64,000 nt of DNA from a virus, in the IMG/VR virus record IMGVR_UViG_3300044858_003398; one strand, given 5' to 3'. Below the pieces are notes generated by a model, which worked only from the letters and a program-made list of their open reading frames with translations, was not told where the DNA came from and did no database searches. How positions within the stretch are numbered: the first letter of the stretch is position 1; every line of letters begins with the position of its first letter. Below, in pieces: positions 8,754-18,509 of the stretch. Made by a program: the position numbers and the translations under genes.

Positions 8754-9151
8754 TTAAAGCAGACATTACCACAGCCACCAAAATGAGAAATCAGCTAGCT
8801 AGCGATATTCTAAAGGTAGTCCTTGGAGAATGCCAAACCAAGAACAACTTTACGGACGAGTTTATCGTCCGATATTGTAGAGACATCGTCAAAGGCAATA
8901 CTGAAACTATGAGTTTTGGCGAGAGTGTCAAGCTCTCAAGAGAAAACGAGCTACTTCGCAGCTACCTACCAAAAGAGGTTAGCGAGGCAGATCTCCTAGT
9001 CTACGCCAATCAAATCCCAGACGACATCAAAGCCGCCAAAAGCGATGGGCAGGCTGTTGGGGTTCTCGTTAAGTATGTGAAATCACTAGACTTATTAGCC
9101 AATGGTGAATTAGCCAAGAAAGTAGTGACTTCGTTGAGGAACTCAACATGA
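8738..9151 (+). CDS. GatB/YqeY-like domain protein
   Basis: IKADITTATKMRN...ENELLRSYLPKEVSE pattern of YqeY; GTG 8738 in ORF 8648..9151. Confidence 0.65.
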   Translation: MLIDVIKADITTATKMRNQLASDILKVVLGECQTKNNFTDEFIVRYCRDIVKGNTETMSFGESVKLSRENELLRSYLPKEVSEADLLVYANQIPDDIKAAKSDGQAVGVLVKYVKSLDLLANGELAKKVVTSLRNST

Positions 9152-9672
9152 TGTTTTTGCTGGATATGGACGGGGTTATCTGCAACTTCGTTGATGGTCT
9201 CATTAGGTCTGCCAAGTGGAGCCTTGAACATGAAGATTGGGCCTCGTGGAGCCATCATCAGACCTTCGGTCTTACAGACGAGGAAATGTGGGCGTTCACT
9301 AGGGAAGAAGGTTGGTGGACTAATCTTCCAGAATATGGCTGGGCCAATAGACTATTCACAGAGCTAGAATGTCGTGGAGAGGTTATATTCTGTACATCTC
9401 CAAGTTTAGATTGGAAGTGTCCCGGCGAAAAAATCCAATGGTTGAGGAATCATGGATTTATGTCTCATAAGAAGAACAATTTCCAAATTGGGCCTAGAAA
9501 AGAATTAATGGCTAGATCTGGGGCTATCCTGATCGATGACTATGAGACTAACGTATCAAAATTCAGAGAAAATGGCGGTAGGGCTATACTATTCCCTCAA
9601 CCTTGGAACGAAAATCGATCGGTAAAAGAAGATAGGGTGGACTTCGTACTACAGGAGCTATCTCGTGGATAA
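9148..9672 (+). CDS. HAD-family 5'(3')-deoxyribonucleotidase-like protein
   Basis: LDMDGVICNF, CTSP, K, ILIDD, PWN motifs. Confidence 0.85.
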   Translation: MMFLLDMDGVICNFVDGLIRSAKWSLEHEDWASWSHHQTFGLTDEEMWAFTREEGWWTNLPEYGWANRLFTELECRGEVIFCTSPSLDWKCPGEKIQWLRNHGFMSHKKNNFQIGPRKELMARSGAILIDDYETNVSKFRENGGRAILFPQPWNENRSVKEDRVDFVLQELSRG

Positions 9673-9958
9673 GAGTAAAGCAGCACAAGCACTACAAGCA
9701 GCCTTTGAAGCTGACCCATGTGCTATGCATTCACTAATGGTAAATCGTGTGCCGTGCAATATGGCACTTGCTGATGATCCATTTGTCGTAGTGGACAAAT
9801 CTCCAGTTTTAGAAACTGAATGTTTTCAAGTCGGAGCATTGGGCCTGATCAATGCCGTTTTGGTCGCGAATGGATTACCATTAATCGCTGCAGAATTTAG
9901 TGATCCCGACAAGGATGGACGTAGAAAAGTAATAGGGTTTTGTGACTATGTCCAGTAA
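9665..9958 (+). CDS. hypothetical protein
   Basis: ORF with GGAG RBS, overlapping its neighbours. Confidence 0.6.
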   Translation: MDKSKAAQALQAAFEADPCAMHSLMVNRVPCNMALADDPFVVVDKSPVLETECFQVGALGLINAVLVANGLPLIAAEFSDPDKDGRRKVIGFCDYVQ

Positions 9959-10673
9959 AAGAGAATGGGTAATAGAAGATGGAGCTTTTCCAGAGAATGA
10001 GCACAAGATTAGGGATATCCTTGGCGACCGACTAATCTGGATGAATTATACTATCGACGGGCCGACTTTCTCCAAGTCTTTTGTTACAGACTATATCTTC
10101 TACGGTTCTCCAGTCATAGGTCGTCGCCTTCAGAGATCCCAAGGGCCGAAGGCTCTATCTTGGCTCTATGATTATGTGTATGACTGTAACTATTACCTAC
10201 CTTATTTTCAGAAATTGGCCCTAAACAATCCTCATATGTTTGTTGAGTCGGGCACTTTACCTTTACTGGCTGAGTTTCTTGAGAATCCCGAGTGGTTTAT
10301 CAAGGAAAACTCCGGCTACAAAACCTTCACAGGAATGGTGGGCTCTGGCGGAATAGAAACTGGCCTATTTTCTCACGAGCTTCTGATGCTCGCTCAGAAG
10401 AAGCCAATTGAGGCTGAATGGCGATTCGTTATAAAGGACAATTCTGTCTTGACTTACTCGGGTTACGGAGATAATATCCAGTGCGGCAAGGAAGCCGAGG
10501 AATTTGCAAAAACTTGCCTCTCGACTGGATACGATCCGGCCCCAATGTGGACACTTGACATTTGCCGCTCAGAAGGAGCGTATAAAGTACTGGAGGTCAA
10601 CAGCTTGCTTAGTGCAGGCTGGTACGACTGCGATGTAAGAGCAATTGTGGAGGCTGTCGATGGGTACAACTAG
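9948..10673 (+). CDS. ATP-grasp domain protein (DUF4343/R2K-like)
   Basis: FIKENSGYKTFTG, EWRFVI, TLDI, KVLEVNSLLSAGWY motifs. Confidence 0.7.
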   Translation: MSSKREWVIEDGAFPENEHKIRDILGDRLIWMNYTIDGPTFSKSFVTDYIFYGSPVIGRRLQRSQGPKALSWLYDYVYDCNYYLPYFQKLALNNPHMFVESGTLPLLAEFLENPEWFIKENSGYKTFTGMVGSGGIETGLFSHELLMLAQKKPIEAEWRFVIKDNSVLTYSGYGDNIQCGKEAEEFAKTCLSTGYDPAPMWTLDICRSEGAYKVLEVNSLLSAGWYDCDVRAIVEAVDGYN

Positions 10674-10881
10674 AATTGTTATGCTGGCCACTTTTGTGAC
10701 TTTGGGTATTTATGATGTCTGGGTCTGCTCATCTGGAGATGATTCTGCCTCGATTAGTCAGTTCGTAGTAGATTTCGTGAACATTAGTCCAGTAGGGTAT
10801 GGAGTATGTTGCCTCCTGCTAGGACACTTTGGTTTTCCAATGACTTCCAAGTTTAAGACCAGAAAGTCAAAAGATTTGTAG
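10660..10881 (+). CDS. small membrane protein
   Basis: Two hydrophobic segments; GGAGG before ATG 10660. Confidence 0.55.
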   Translation: MGTTRIVMLATFVTLGIYDVWVCSSGDDSASISQFVVDFVNISPVGYGVCCLLLGHFGFPMTSKFKTRKSKDL

Positions 10882-10939
10882 TCGTGCCCGCCTGTTAGGA
10901 CGTATTAAATAATGCCCTTCTTTTTTACCGGGAGATAAG

Positions 10940-13300
10940 ATGTCTGAGTTGTTAGTTCGCAAGCGTAATGGGAAGACTGAGTCTTTTGATGTAAATAAAA
11001 TTAATATCTTCCTTGAAAGGTGTTGCGAAGGGGTCAGAAATGTTTCAGCTTCTGAGATAGCTATAGACGCTCAGATTACATTCAGGGATAAGATTCCAAC
11101 ATCAGAGATCGACCAAGCCCTTGAGCTTACTGCGAGAGCCAAGATTTGGAAACACCCAAATTATGGCAAAGTTGCTTCCCGAATCATAATGTCCTGCCTG
11201 TATAAAGAAATTATTGGCGAATCAGTAGACCATGATACGTTTGAAGCAGACTATCGATCTAAGTTCATCAAGAATATTAAACGTGGCGTAAAGTCTGGCA
11301 TTATTGACAAGAGAATGCTGGCATACGACTTGAAATTTTTGGCTGATTGTTTAGTAATCTCTAGAGATGATGAGATTGATTACATTGGCATTAAGAATTT
11401 GGCCGACAGGTATTTTCTTAAGGATACTAGCGGGAAGCTATTGGAGACTCCACAGGCTTTCTATATGCGAATCGCTATGGGTCTGTGCCTTAATGATCCT
11501 ACTATGGTACTAGACTTCTACAATATGTATTCACAGCATTTGGCTAGCCCCTCCACGCCGACGCTGTTCAATAGCGGCACTACGCACCCGCAGCTAAGCT
11601 CTTGCTATTTATCTATGATTGAAGATAGTGTAGATGGGATCTTCGATGGTCTCTGGCAAGAGGCCAGAAAGTCAAAATATGCTGGTGGGCTCGGATTCCA
11701 TATGGGAGGAATTAGATCGACCAACTCTAAAATAGTTGGCACTAATGGTAAAAGCTCAGGACTTATCCCTTGGATGAAGATCTACAACGACATGCTCGTC
11801 GCTGTAAACCAAGGAGGAAAGAGACCCGGATCTGGTTGTGCATATATAGAGCCTTGGCATAAGGACGTCTACGAGTTTGTAGATGTTCGGAAGAATACTG
11901 GCGACGATCGAATTAGGTGTCGTGATCTACAAATAGCTCTATGGATTCCTGATCTATTTATGGAACGAGTTGAAGCCGATGCAGATTGGACCTTATTTTG
12001 CCCCAGAGACTGCCCAGAACTTAATGAGACATACGGTAGTGAATTTCGTGCTCACTATGAGAAATACGAAACTACCAACCTCGGTAAAAAGGTAAGGGCT
12101 AAAGATCTATGGAAGCATATCTTGCGTGCGTTATTTGAAACTAGCCATCCGTGGATATGCTTTAAAGATAGATCAAATGAACGATATACTAATAAGCATA
12201 TGGGCATTGTTCATGGCAGTAATTTATGCACCGAGATTATACTACGCAACAAAGCCCCTAAGTATAAAGATGGTGTAAAGACAGAGCATGGTTTAACTGC
12301 AGTATGTACTCTGGCCTCTATCTGTCTACCTAACCATATGGAGTTGGTTGATGAGGTTTGGATGATAGACTATCCACAGCTTCAAGACACTGTAGAAAAA
12401 CTCATTAGGTCTCTAGATAATGTTATCGATATTAACTTCTACCCAACAGAGGAAGCGAGGATTGGTGCTACCGCTGATCGTCCACTCGGGATGGGCACAA
12501 TTGGGTGGGTTAATGTGTTAGCTAGGCTAGGTATAGCGGCAGACTCTGAAGAGGCTGTACAAGTTGCCTCAGAATTGACAGAGTTCATCTCCTATCATGC
12601 GATTCTTACCAGTCATAAGCTTTCTCAGGATAGAGGTAGTTATCCGACCTTTAGCGGCTCCTTATGGAGTAATGGGGTCCTACCTATAGATTCGGCCAAA
12701 GATCAAATGGCCCATCTTGGCATTAAAGCAAAATTTGATTGGGAGCCCCTTAGGGAACTAGTCTCTAAAGGTATGAGAAATTCTAACCTGTTAGCGATCG
12801 CTCCTAACGCTTCCATCGCATATATATTAGGGTTTTCTCAATCGGTAGAACCCAACCTATCAATAGCTTATGCCTATGAAAATTTGAGCAGCATAACGTG
12901 GTTAGTAGATAAGGACTTTGTAGCAGAAATGGAGAGGGAGGGCTTGTGGTCTACTGAATTCGCAGATAAGTGCAGATTCATCGACGGGGACACCTCTCTT
13001 TTACCGATCTCTGATAAACAAAAGGCTATCTATAAAGGTGCCTTCAAAATGAATCAGTTCGGACTTATCAAAACCAATGCTGCCAGACAGGTGTGGATAG
13101 ATCAGGCGATCTCATTCAATCTTTATAACGCAGGAACCTCCATCAAGCATATTAATGATATGTATTTTGCCGCTTGGAAAGATGGATTAAAGACCACTTA
13201 CTACCTAAGGAACGTCAGAGCTAATAAGGCAGAACAGATTGAATCTGAGCAAAAGACCTGCTCTATCTCTGACCCAACATGTGAAAGTTGTCATGGCTAA
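10940..13300 (+). CDS. nrdA: ribonucleoside-diphosphate reductase alpha subunit with N-terminal ATP cone
   Basis: VRKRNG ATP cone, STPTLFNSG, LSSCY, GSNLCTEI, AVCTLAS, IAPNAS, LKTTYYLR, C-terminal CxxC. Confidence 0.97.
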   Translation: MSELLVRKRNGKTESFDVNKINIFLERCCEGVRNVSASEIAIDAQITFRDKIPTSEIDQALELTARAKIWKHPNYGKVASRIIMSCLYKEIIGESVDHDTFEADYRSKFIKNIKRGVKSGIIDKRMLAYDLKFLADCLVISRDDEIDYIGIKNLADRYFLKDTSGKLLETPQAFYMRIAMGLCLNDPTMVLDFYNMYSQHLASPSTPTLFNSGTTHPQLSSCYLSMIEDSVDGIFDGLWQEARKSKYAGGLGFHMGGIRSTNSKIVGTNGKSSGLIPWMKIYNDMLVAVNQGGKRPGSGCAYIEPWHKDVYEFVDVRKNTGDDRIRCRDLQIALWIPDLFMERVEADADWTLFCPRDCPELNETYGSEFRAHYEKYETTNLGKKVRAKDLWKHILRALFETSHPWICFKDRSNERYTNKHMGIVHGSNLCTEIILRNKAPKYKDGVKTEHGLTAVCTLASICLPNHMELVDEVWMIDYPQLQDTVEKLIRSLDNVIDINFYPTEEARIGATADRPLGMGTIGWVNVLARLGIAADSEEAVQVASELTEFISYHAILTSHKLSQDRGSYPTFSGSLWSNGVLPIDSAKDQMAHLGIKAKFDWEPLRELVSKGMRNSNLLAIAPNASIAYILGFSQSVEPNLSIAYAYENLSSITWLVDKDFVAEMEREGLWSTEFADKCRFIDGDTSLLPISDKQKAIYKGAFKMNQFGLIKTNAARQVWIDQAISFNLYNAGTSIKHINDMYFAAWKDGLKTTYYLRNVRANKAEQIESEQKTCSISDPTCESCHG

Positions 13301-14294
13301 GTTGTTAGATCAAACAGTGGATCATGGTGTTAGTCAAATAATTCAATCTGGGAATCAATGGGCATGGGATCTTTATAAGAAGAGCCTGAATGCTCACTGG
13401 AGCCCATTTGAAGCCCCTATGAGTGAGGATATTAAACAATGGAAAGATGGGTTCATCTCTGATGATGAAAAATTATTAGTAAAAAGAATATTAGGCCTCT
13501 TTTCTGCTGGAGAGAGCTTAGTGTCAAATTCTATCTTCTCTGTCGAGCGGAAGTATTTGACCGATGGCTGCGTTCGACAGTATTTAGGAAAGAAAGATTT
13601 TGAAGAGCAGCTTCACAATGCCACAGTCGCTGTATGTTGTGAGAGCTATGGTTTCGACGTAAAGGAAGTGGCGGAAGCATACAAGAGCATTCCAAGTGTC
13701 AAGAAGAAAACCAGATTCCTAAAAGAGTCGCTAGACTCATTTGATAAAGATTTTGATATCTCAACAATTGAGGGGAAGACTACTTTTGTAAGAAACCTAT
13801 ATGTCGTATATATGCTTATGGAGGGCGTGTGGTTCTTTTCTGCATTCTGTGCGATCATGTCTCTTGGTAGACAAAAGAAGCTTCCCGGCTTGTATTTTCA
13901 GATTGATTATACAATTGCTGACGAGACTCGCCATGTAGAGTTTGGGGCCAGAATTATCAACCAGATAAAAGAAGAATATCCTAAGATCTGGACAAAAGAA
14001 CTTAGAGAAGATCTAACTCTCCTGACAGAAGAGGCCATATCTTTAGAAATAGACTTTGTCAAAGATGCCCTCCCTAATGGCCTCCTTGGTATAAACTCTT
14101 ATTCGCATGAGCTTTATGCTAAGTTTTTAGCGAGTCGAAGAATGTCTTCGGTAGGACTTGCCCCGCTCTATTCAGAGGTAACAAATCCATATGGGTGGAT
14201 CTCTGAAACGCAGGGGGCGTCTGTCTTAACAAACTTCTTTGAAGCAACGGTCAGGGATTATCAGAGTGCGTCTGCACTAGATGACGATTTTTAA
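13293..14294 (+). CDS. nrdB: ribonucleotide reductase beta subunit, class Ic-like (R2c; Glu ligand, no radical Tyr)
   Basis: FSAGESLV, FEEQLHNATV, MEGVWFFSAF, DETRH, NFFEATVRDY. Confidence 0.92.
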   Translation: MAKLLDQTVDHGVSQIIQSGNQWAWDLYKKSLNAHWSPFEAPMSEDIKQWKDGFISDDEKLLVKRILGLFSAGESLVSNSIFSVERKYLTDGCVRQYLGKKDFEEQLHNATVAVCCESYGFDVKEVAEAYKSIPSVKKKTRFLKESLDSFDKDFDISTIEGKTTFVRNLYVVYMLMEGVWFFSAFCAIMSLGRQKKLPGLYFQIDYTIADETRHVEFGARIINQIKEEYPKIWTKELREDLTLLTEEAISLEIDFVKDALPNGLLGINSYSHELYAKFLASRRMSSVGLAPLYSEVTNPYGWISETQGASVLTNFFEATVRDYQSASALDDDF

Positions 14295-14303
14295 GGGGAA
14301 GTT

Positions 14304-14633
14304 ATGATCACAGATCATATTAATGATGAACAGCTTTTAGAGATTCTACTAGAGAATCAGTCTATACAAGACTATCGGATGGAAGGTCTAAGTGGAGAAC
14401 TAATAACTCTCTACTGTATGAATAGGGTCGGAGTCGACTCTCCATTCAGTGTAGTATACGAAGAAATCTGTAGTCTCATAAATGGGTATATCACTTCAAA
14501 ATTAGTAGAGGATGGCTTGATAGAGCCAGAATTTACTGAGAATGGAATAGAGTATACCTGTACTACAGAAGGTCTTAAGCTTTCAGAAATGTACGCCAAA
14601 CTAAGGGGTTCAGATGACACGTCGAAGAGCTAA
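14304..14633 (+). CDS. hypothetical protein (possible winged-helix-like C-terminus)
   Basis: ORF with RBS; KLVEDGLIE...YTCTTEGLK. Confidence 0.5.
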   Translation: MITDHINDEQLLEILLENQSIQDYRMEGLSGELITLYCMNRVGVDSPFSVVYEEICSLINGYITSKLVEDGLIEPEFTENGIEYTCTTEGLKLSEMYAKLRGSDDTSKS

Positions 14634-15327
14634 AGCCGAAGAGAATACTCCATACTCCCCATGTCCTAGGTATAGGCTGATTAAGCCAAAGACTCTCAAC
14701 CAAAGAGATTATGTTTCTTCGATCGTGGATAATGATGTTACAATTTGTTCTGGTCCGAGCGGGTCGGGGAAATCATTGGTAGCTCTCTCCACTGCTATCT
14801 CCCACATGTCTAATCCCAACATGCCGCATAGTAAGATCTATGTCACTAGGCCAATGATCTCAACATCCACTAAAGACTTCCCTTGGATCAAAGGGAGTCT
14901 GATCGACAAATTACGCCCATGGTTCGCCCCAATTTTGGCAAACCTTGAAGAGCTTGTAGGGTCAAAAACTGAGCTTGAAAAGCTCCTAGAGTCTGAGACT
15001 ATCTGTCTACAAGCCATCGAGCTAATGAGAGGGTTCACCTATAAGAACTGCTTCGTTCTTATCACTGAAGCCCAAAATATGACCGTGCCTCAGGCCGTCA
15101 TGGCTATCACAAGAATTGGGGAAAATTGCAAGATGGTCTTTGAGGGCGACACGGACCAGAAAGACTTGCGTGGGGAAGAAGATGGGCTATCATACCTAAA
15201 GAGGAAGCTCATTAGCCGCAGCGACTTGTGCGGCATGGTAAGTTTAGACTCTTCCGACATCTTACGCCATCCTCTCATTGGCCAAATTCTAGAACAGCTT
15301 GACTATAGAGGTTTGGGCTCTTATTAG
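14614..15327 (+). CDS. phoH: PhoH-family ATPase
   Basis: PKTLNQRDY, GPSGSGKS, MRGFTY, EAQN, TRIGENCK, GDTDQKD, ILRHPLI. Confidence 0.92.
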   Translation: MTRRRAKAEENTPYSPCPRYRLIKPKTLNQRDYVSSIVDNDVTICSGPSGSGKSLVALSTAISHMSNPNMPHSKIYVTRPMISTSTKDFPWIKGSLIDKLRPWFAPILANLEELVGSKTELEKLLESETICLQAIELMRGFTYKNCFVLITEAQNMTVPQAVMAITRIGENCKMVFEGDTDQKDLRGEEDGLSYLKRKLISRSDLCGMVSLDSSDILRHPLIGQILEQLDYRGLGSY

Positions 15328-15335
15328 GAGCTACA

Positions 15336-15548
15336 ATGATATTCAGACTTTTTCAGGATGGGAATCCTATAATTACTAGATCGAATAAGGACAACATATA
15401 CATGTCACTAAAGAATGCAAAAATTGCCCTTAAGAACTATCTGTCGTATGTCAACAAAAAGGTGCCGCAGAAGAATCTACAGATAAAAGCAGAGAACTGC
15501 CAAATCATAGGATTTGATCTAGTAGAAAAATCTAGGTATCCACTATGA
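15336..15548 (+). CDS. hypothetical protein
   Basis: AGGAG RBS, 70 aa. Confidence 0.55.
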   Translation: MIFRLFQDGNPIITRSNKDNIYMSLKNAKIALKNYLSYVNKKVPQKNLQIKAENCQIIGFDLVEKSRYPL

Positions 15549-15877
15549 GATTCATAGTACTGTTCATATGTTTAGTCTGTGTGTATGATATTTATCTAAC
15601 AGTAAAGCATGCTGATAGTATGCATTTATTTGAGAGAAATATGATAGCCAGAATGCTCATATACAAAGAAGACTCACCAGTTCCGCCACGAACTATTACG
15701 TGCCAACAAGATCCGACTATAGATGTGTCTAGGTTGGTCGCATTTAAGTGCCTCGGGCTATTGGCGGCTGCTGACATCCTAGAATGGATGGTCAAGAAGA
15801 ACACTAGATGGAGTCGTTTGGTCATCTGGATTATGGCAGCGATTCAAACATGGCTTCTCTTTTACTTGGTGTACTAA
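15545..15877 (+). CDS. membrane protein
   Basis: Three hydrophobic segments. Confidence 0.55.
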   Translation: MRFIVLFICLVCVYDIYLTVKHADSMHLFERNMIARMLIYKEDSPVPPRTITCQQDPTIDVSRLVAFKCLGLLAAADILEWMVKKNTRWSRLVIWIMAAIQTWLLFYLVY

Positions 15878-15878
15878 A

Positions 15879-16196
15879 ATGCCGCAGTACGAATATGCAT
15901 GCTCTGCATGCCAACATCAGTTTGAAACCTATCAGGGGGTAAAAGACCCGGCAAAAAAGAAGTGTCCTCAGTGTAAGAAGATGGGGCTGCAGCGGCTAAT
16001 CTTTCCCGCTATGGGCCAAGTCAAGTCCATCAAAACATTAGGCCAGCTAGCCGAGAAGAACACCAAGAAGGCTGGGTCTTCTCTACAGTCCGCAGAGGAA
16101 GATAGAAAGATCGCAGCAAAAGCGAAGCTTAAAGAGATCAACCAGATTAACAACATGACCGAAAAACAGAAAATCAAATTCATAGAAGGTAAGTAA
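15879..16196 (+). CDS. FmdB-family zinc-ribbon protein
   Basis: MPQYEYACSACQHQFE...KKCPQC. Confidence 0.8.
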   Translation: MPQYEYACSACQHQFETYQGVKDPAKKKCPQCKKMGLQRLIFPAMGQVKSIKTLGQLAEKNTKKAGSSLQSAEEDRKIAAKAKLKEINQINNMTEKQKIKFIEGK

Positions 16197-16507
16197 TGAC
16201 ACAGTTCATCAGCGATCCATCCCAAATCAACAAGACGGTTGTCGTGACTAAGTGTTTCGGCCAAGCCGGAAAAGAATGTACCCACGAAAAGGCCATTCTT
16301 ATATCTGTAACGTCGGATGGAAGAAGTACTTATAAGGCCCTAGTACATAATGGGTCTCTCTACGATCCAACCTCGATTAAGTTTCCACGAGAGAGACTTT
16401 ATCAGAATGTGACCAAGGCGTGTTTCGACAAGTTCCTACTAGCTCTAACCTCAGGCGATTATCAAGATTATGAAAAAGCAACCCGCGAATACCGAAAGTC
16501 TCAATAA
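16196..16507 (+). CDS. hypothetical protein
   Basis: ORF, TAATG coupling. Confidence 0.55.
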   Translation: MTQFISDPSQINKTVVVTKCFGQAGKECTHEKAILISVTSDGRSTYKALVHNGSLYDPTSIKFPRERLYQNVTKACFDKFLLALTSGDYQDYEKATREYRKSQ

Positions 16508-16838
16508 GATTCAAAAGTTTTACATTGCCCATCATAAGTCGCGAGATATCAAGACTTTGGCTAGTGATGTTGGATCGACTGTGAAGCTTGTAAGGGCCTT
16601 CCTCAAGTCCCTTGAGAAGAGGGAGGCTAAAAAGATAGCAGACGCCGAAAAAGCCGAAGCTAATAAGCCACCAGATCCGGGTATCAGACCCGTCAAGATC
16701 GACGACCTGATGATGAAGAATAAGAAGCGTGGTGCTGTCGTGATGACCCAAGCAGCTTCTGAAATGGGTGATGCTACTCGGACTACTCGAATGTCTCCTA
16801 GATTGTCTCAAAATGTCCAAAAGATACGACCAGAGTGA
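16470..16838 (+). CDS. hypothetical protein, possible N-terminal HTH
   Basis: DIKTLASDVGSTVKLVRAFL. Confidence 0.5.
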   Translation: MKKQPANTESLNKIQKFYIAHHKSRDIKTLASDVGSTVKLVRAFLKSLEKREAKKIADAEKAEANKPPDPGIRPVKIDDLMMKNKKRGAVVMTQAASEMGDATRTTRMSPRLSQNVQKIRPE

Positions 16839-17220
16839 TCTAAGACCATTCCCCTCAATGTACAAAGAGGGAAATGTCACAGTCGATAATTATATAGCAG
16901 AGATGCTATTCAAGAGGAGAGCCGAATTTAGCAAGTCGGCTCTTCCTCAGTCTTTCTGGAACAATCCTAAATTCAAAAAGGATTACCAGCTTGAGATAAT
17001 GCGAATAAACAAGCTCCTTGAGAGGGTTTGCTCGTCATGTATCCTCAAAGCTTTTAAGCAGACCAACGCTTGCTCAGTTAAGAATCCGCAGTTGGTCGCT
17101 CTAGCCGAGAAATTTCAGCAAGAGATGGAAGATAGTCAGAAGATTATCGAGAAGTCGGTAGAAGAAGTGAAGGTTCCCACCAAACCATTTGGCAAAATAA
17201 ATAGATTGAGTGAGCTATGA
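16813..17220 (+). CDS. hypothetical protein
   Basis: ATG 16813 in ORF 16768..17220. Confidence 0.55.
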   Translation: MSKRYDQSDLRPFPSMYKEGNVTVDNYIAEMLFKRRAEFSKSALPQSFWNNPKFKKDYQLEIMRINKLLERVCSSCILKAFKQTNACSVKNPQLVALAEKFQQEMEDSQKIIEKSVEEVKVPTKPFGKINRLSEL

Positions 17221-17453
17221 GCGTTACACAAGAAGATATCTTCAAGCTACTATTAGAGAACTCCAAGAATGGGCAAGCTCAAATAAGCAGAGTTGATGTT
17301 GACACTAGTGTTTTTGCTGATATATGTGGAGACCATAAAGGAAATCTATTCTCTACTCCGTTTAGATATGACGAAATAAATCTAAATATCTCGTTCAAGA
17401 TGAAGAGAAAAGCGTTTATAGAGGTTAATGAGTTACTTTCTAGGGTAATGTAG
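17217..17453 (+). CDS. hypothetical protein
   Basis: ORF, ATGA overlap. Confidence 0.5.
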   Translation: MSVTQEDIFKLLLENSKNGQAQISRVDVDTSVFADICGDHKGNLFSTPFRYDEINLNISFKMKRKAFIEVNELLSRVM

Positions 17454-17457
17454 TAAT

Positions 17458-18501
17458 ATGGCAAAAAAAGCAAAGAATGAGACAGTTGATGTTGGTGACG
17501 TTGGGATGGCCGCAATCAAGAAGAAGTATGGAGATATTATCCGTAGTGGTTCTGACATTTTTGACGAGAAGTCAAACAAGCAATGCATCAGTATCAGCCC
17601 AGCTTATGACCTAGGGCTAAATGGTGGTATCCTAGAAGGTAGCTGGACAGTTATCTCTGGAGTTCCCAAGTGTGGCAAATCTTCTCTGTGTCTGCAACTT
17701 ATTGCGAATGCTCAGGCACAAGGCCGGAGGGGTATTTATGCCGACGCGGAAAGTCGTATCAAGCAATACAATTTGGCGGGTATCCATAACCTAGATAAGA
17801 AAGAGATCGAGGTTATCAGCGGTAAAGAAGAAGATCTTTCTGCCGAAGATATGCTGAATACAGTCAATGCTATGATCCGACTCCCTAAGAATAGAGGGGC
17901 TGTATGCGTAATTGATTCTACATCATCTCTCTTACCAAGAGACGAGATGGATGCCGAAGTATCCTCTAAGCTTCGAGCACAGCTCCCTAAGATGCTTTCC
18001 CACTGGGTCAAGCAGAATGCTCAGGTTGTCGTCAGGAATGACATCCTAATGGTTCTTATCACCCACTACATTACTAACACGAGTGGGTATGGTAAGCATA
18101 AAGTGGCAGACTGTGGAGTTATGGTCCAATATCAGGCCGACAACAGACTTGACTTTACCCATGTAGAACCATGGGAAGAGAACGGTAAAAAGATAGGCCA
18201 GAAGACCACTTGTGATATCAGTTGTTCCGCTATGGGTGCGAGTGGGAATACTGTCACCTCGTACCTTAGATTTGGCCATGGAATTGACTGCACTAAAGAG
18301 TTCATCGAACTCGGCGAATCTTTCGGTCTGATCGAAAAGGCTGGAGCTTGGTTTACACTTCCATATCTGGCTGAGCATCCCGATTTAGCTTCAGTAGCCG
18401 AGCAGAAGTTCCAAGGCCAACAAAAGGTCTATGACTTCATCTCTTCTACTCCATCAGCCAGTGAGTTCCTAAAGAAGGAGCTTGGATCATTGCTCGCTTA
18501 G
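17458..18501 (+). CDS. recA: RecA/UvsX-like recombinase
   Basis: Walker A GVPKCGKS, YADAE, VIDS, IEKAGAWF, FQGQQK. Confidence 0.88.
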   Translation: MAKKAKNETVDVGDVGMAAIKKKYGDIIRSGSDIFDEKSNKQCISISPAYDLGLNGGILEGSWTVISGVPKCGKSSLCLQLIANAQAQGRRGIYADAESRIKQYNLAGIHNLDKKEIEVISGKEEDLSAEDMLNTVNAMIRLPKNRGAVCVIDSTSSLLPRDEMDAEVSSKLRAQLPKMLSHWVKQNAQVVVRNDILMVLITHYITNTSGYGKHKVADCGVMVQYQADNRLDFTHVEPWEENGKKIGQKTTCDISCSAMGASGNTVTSYLRFGHGIDCTKEFIELGESFGLIEKAGAWFTLPYLAEHPDLASVAEQKFQGQQKVYDFISSTPSASEFLKKELGSLLA

Positions 18502-18509
18502 TAATAGGA

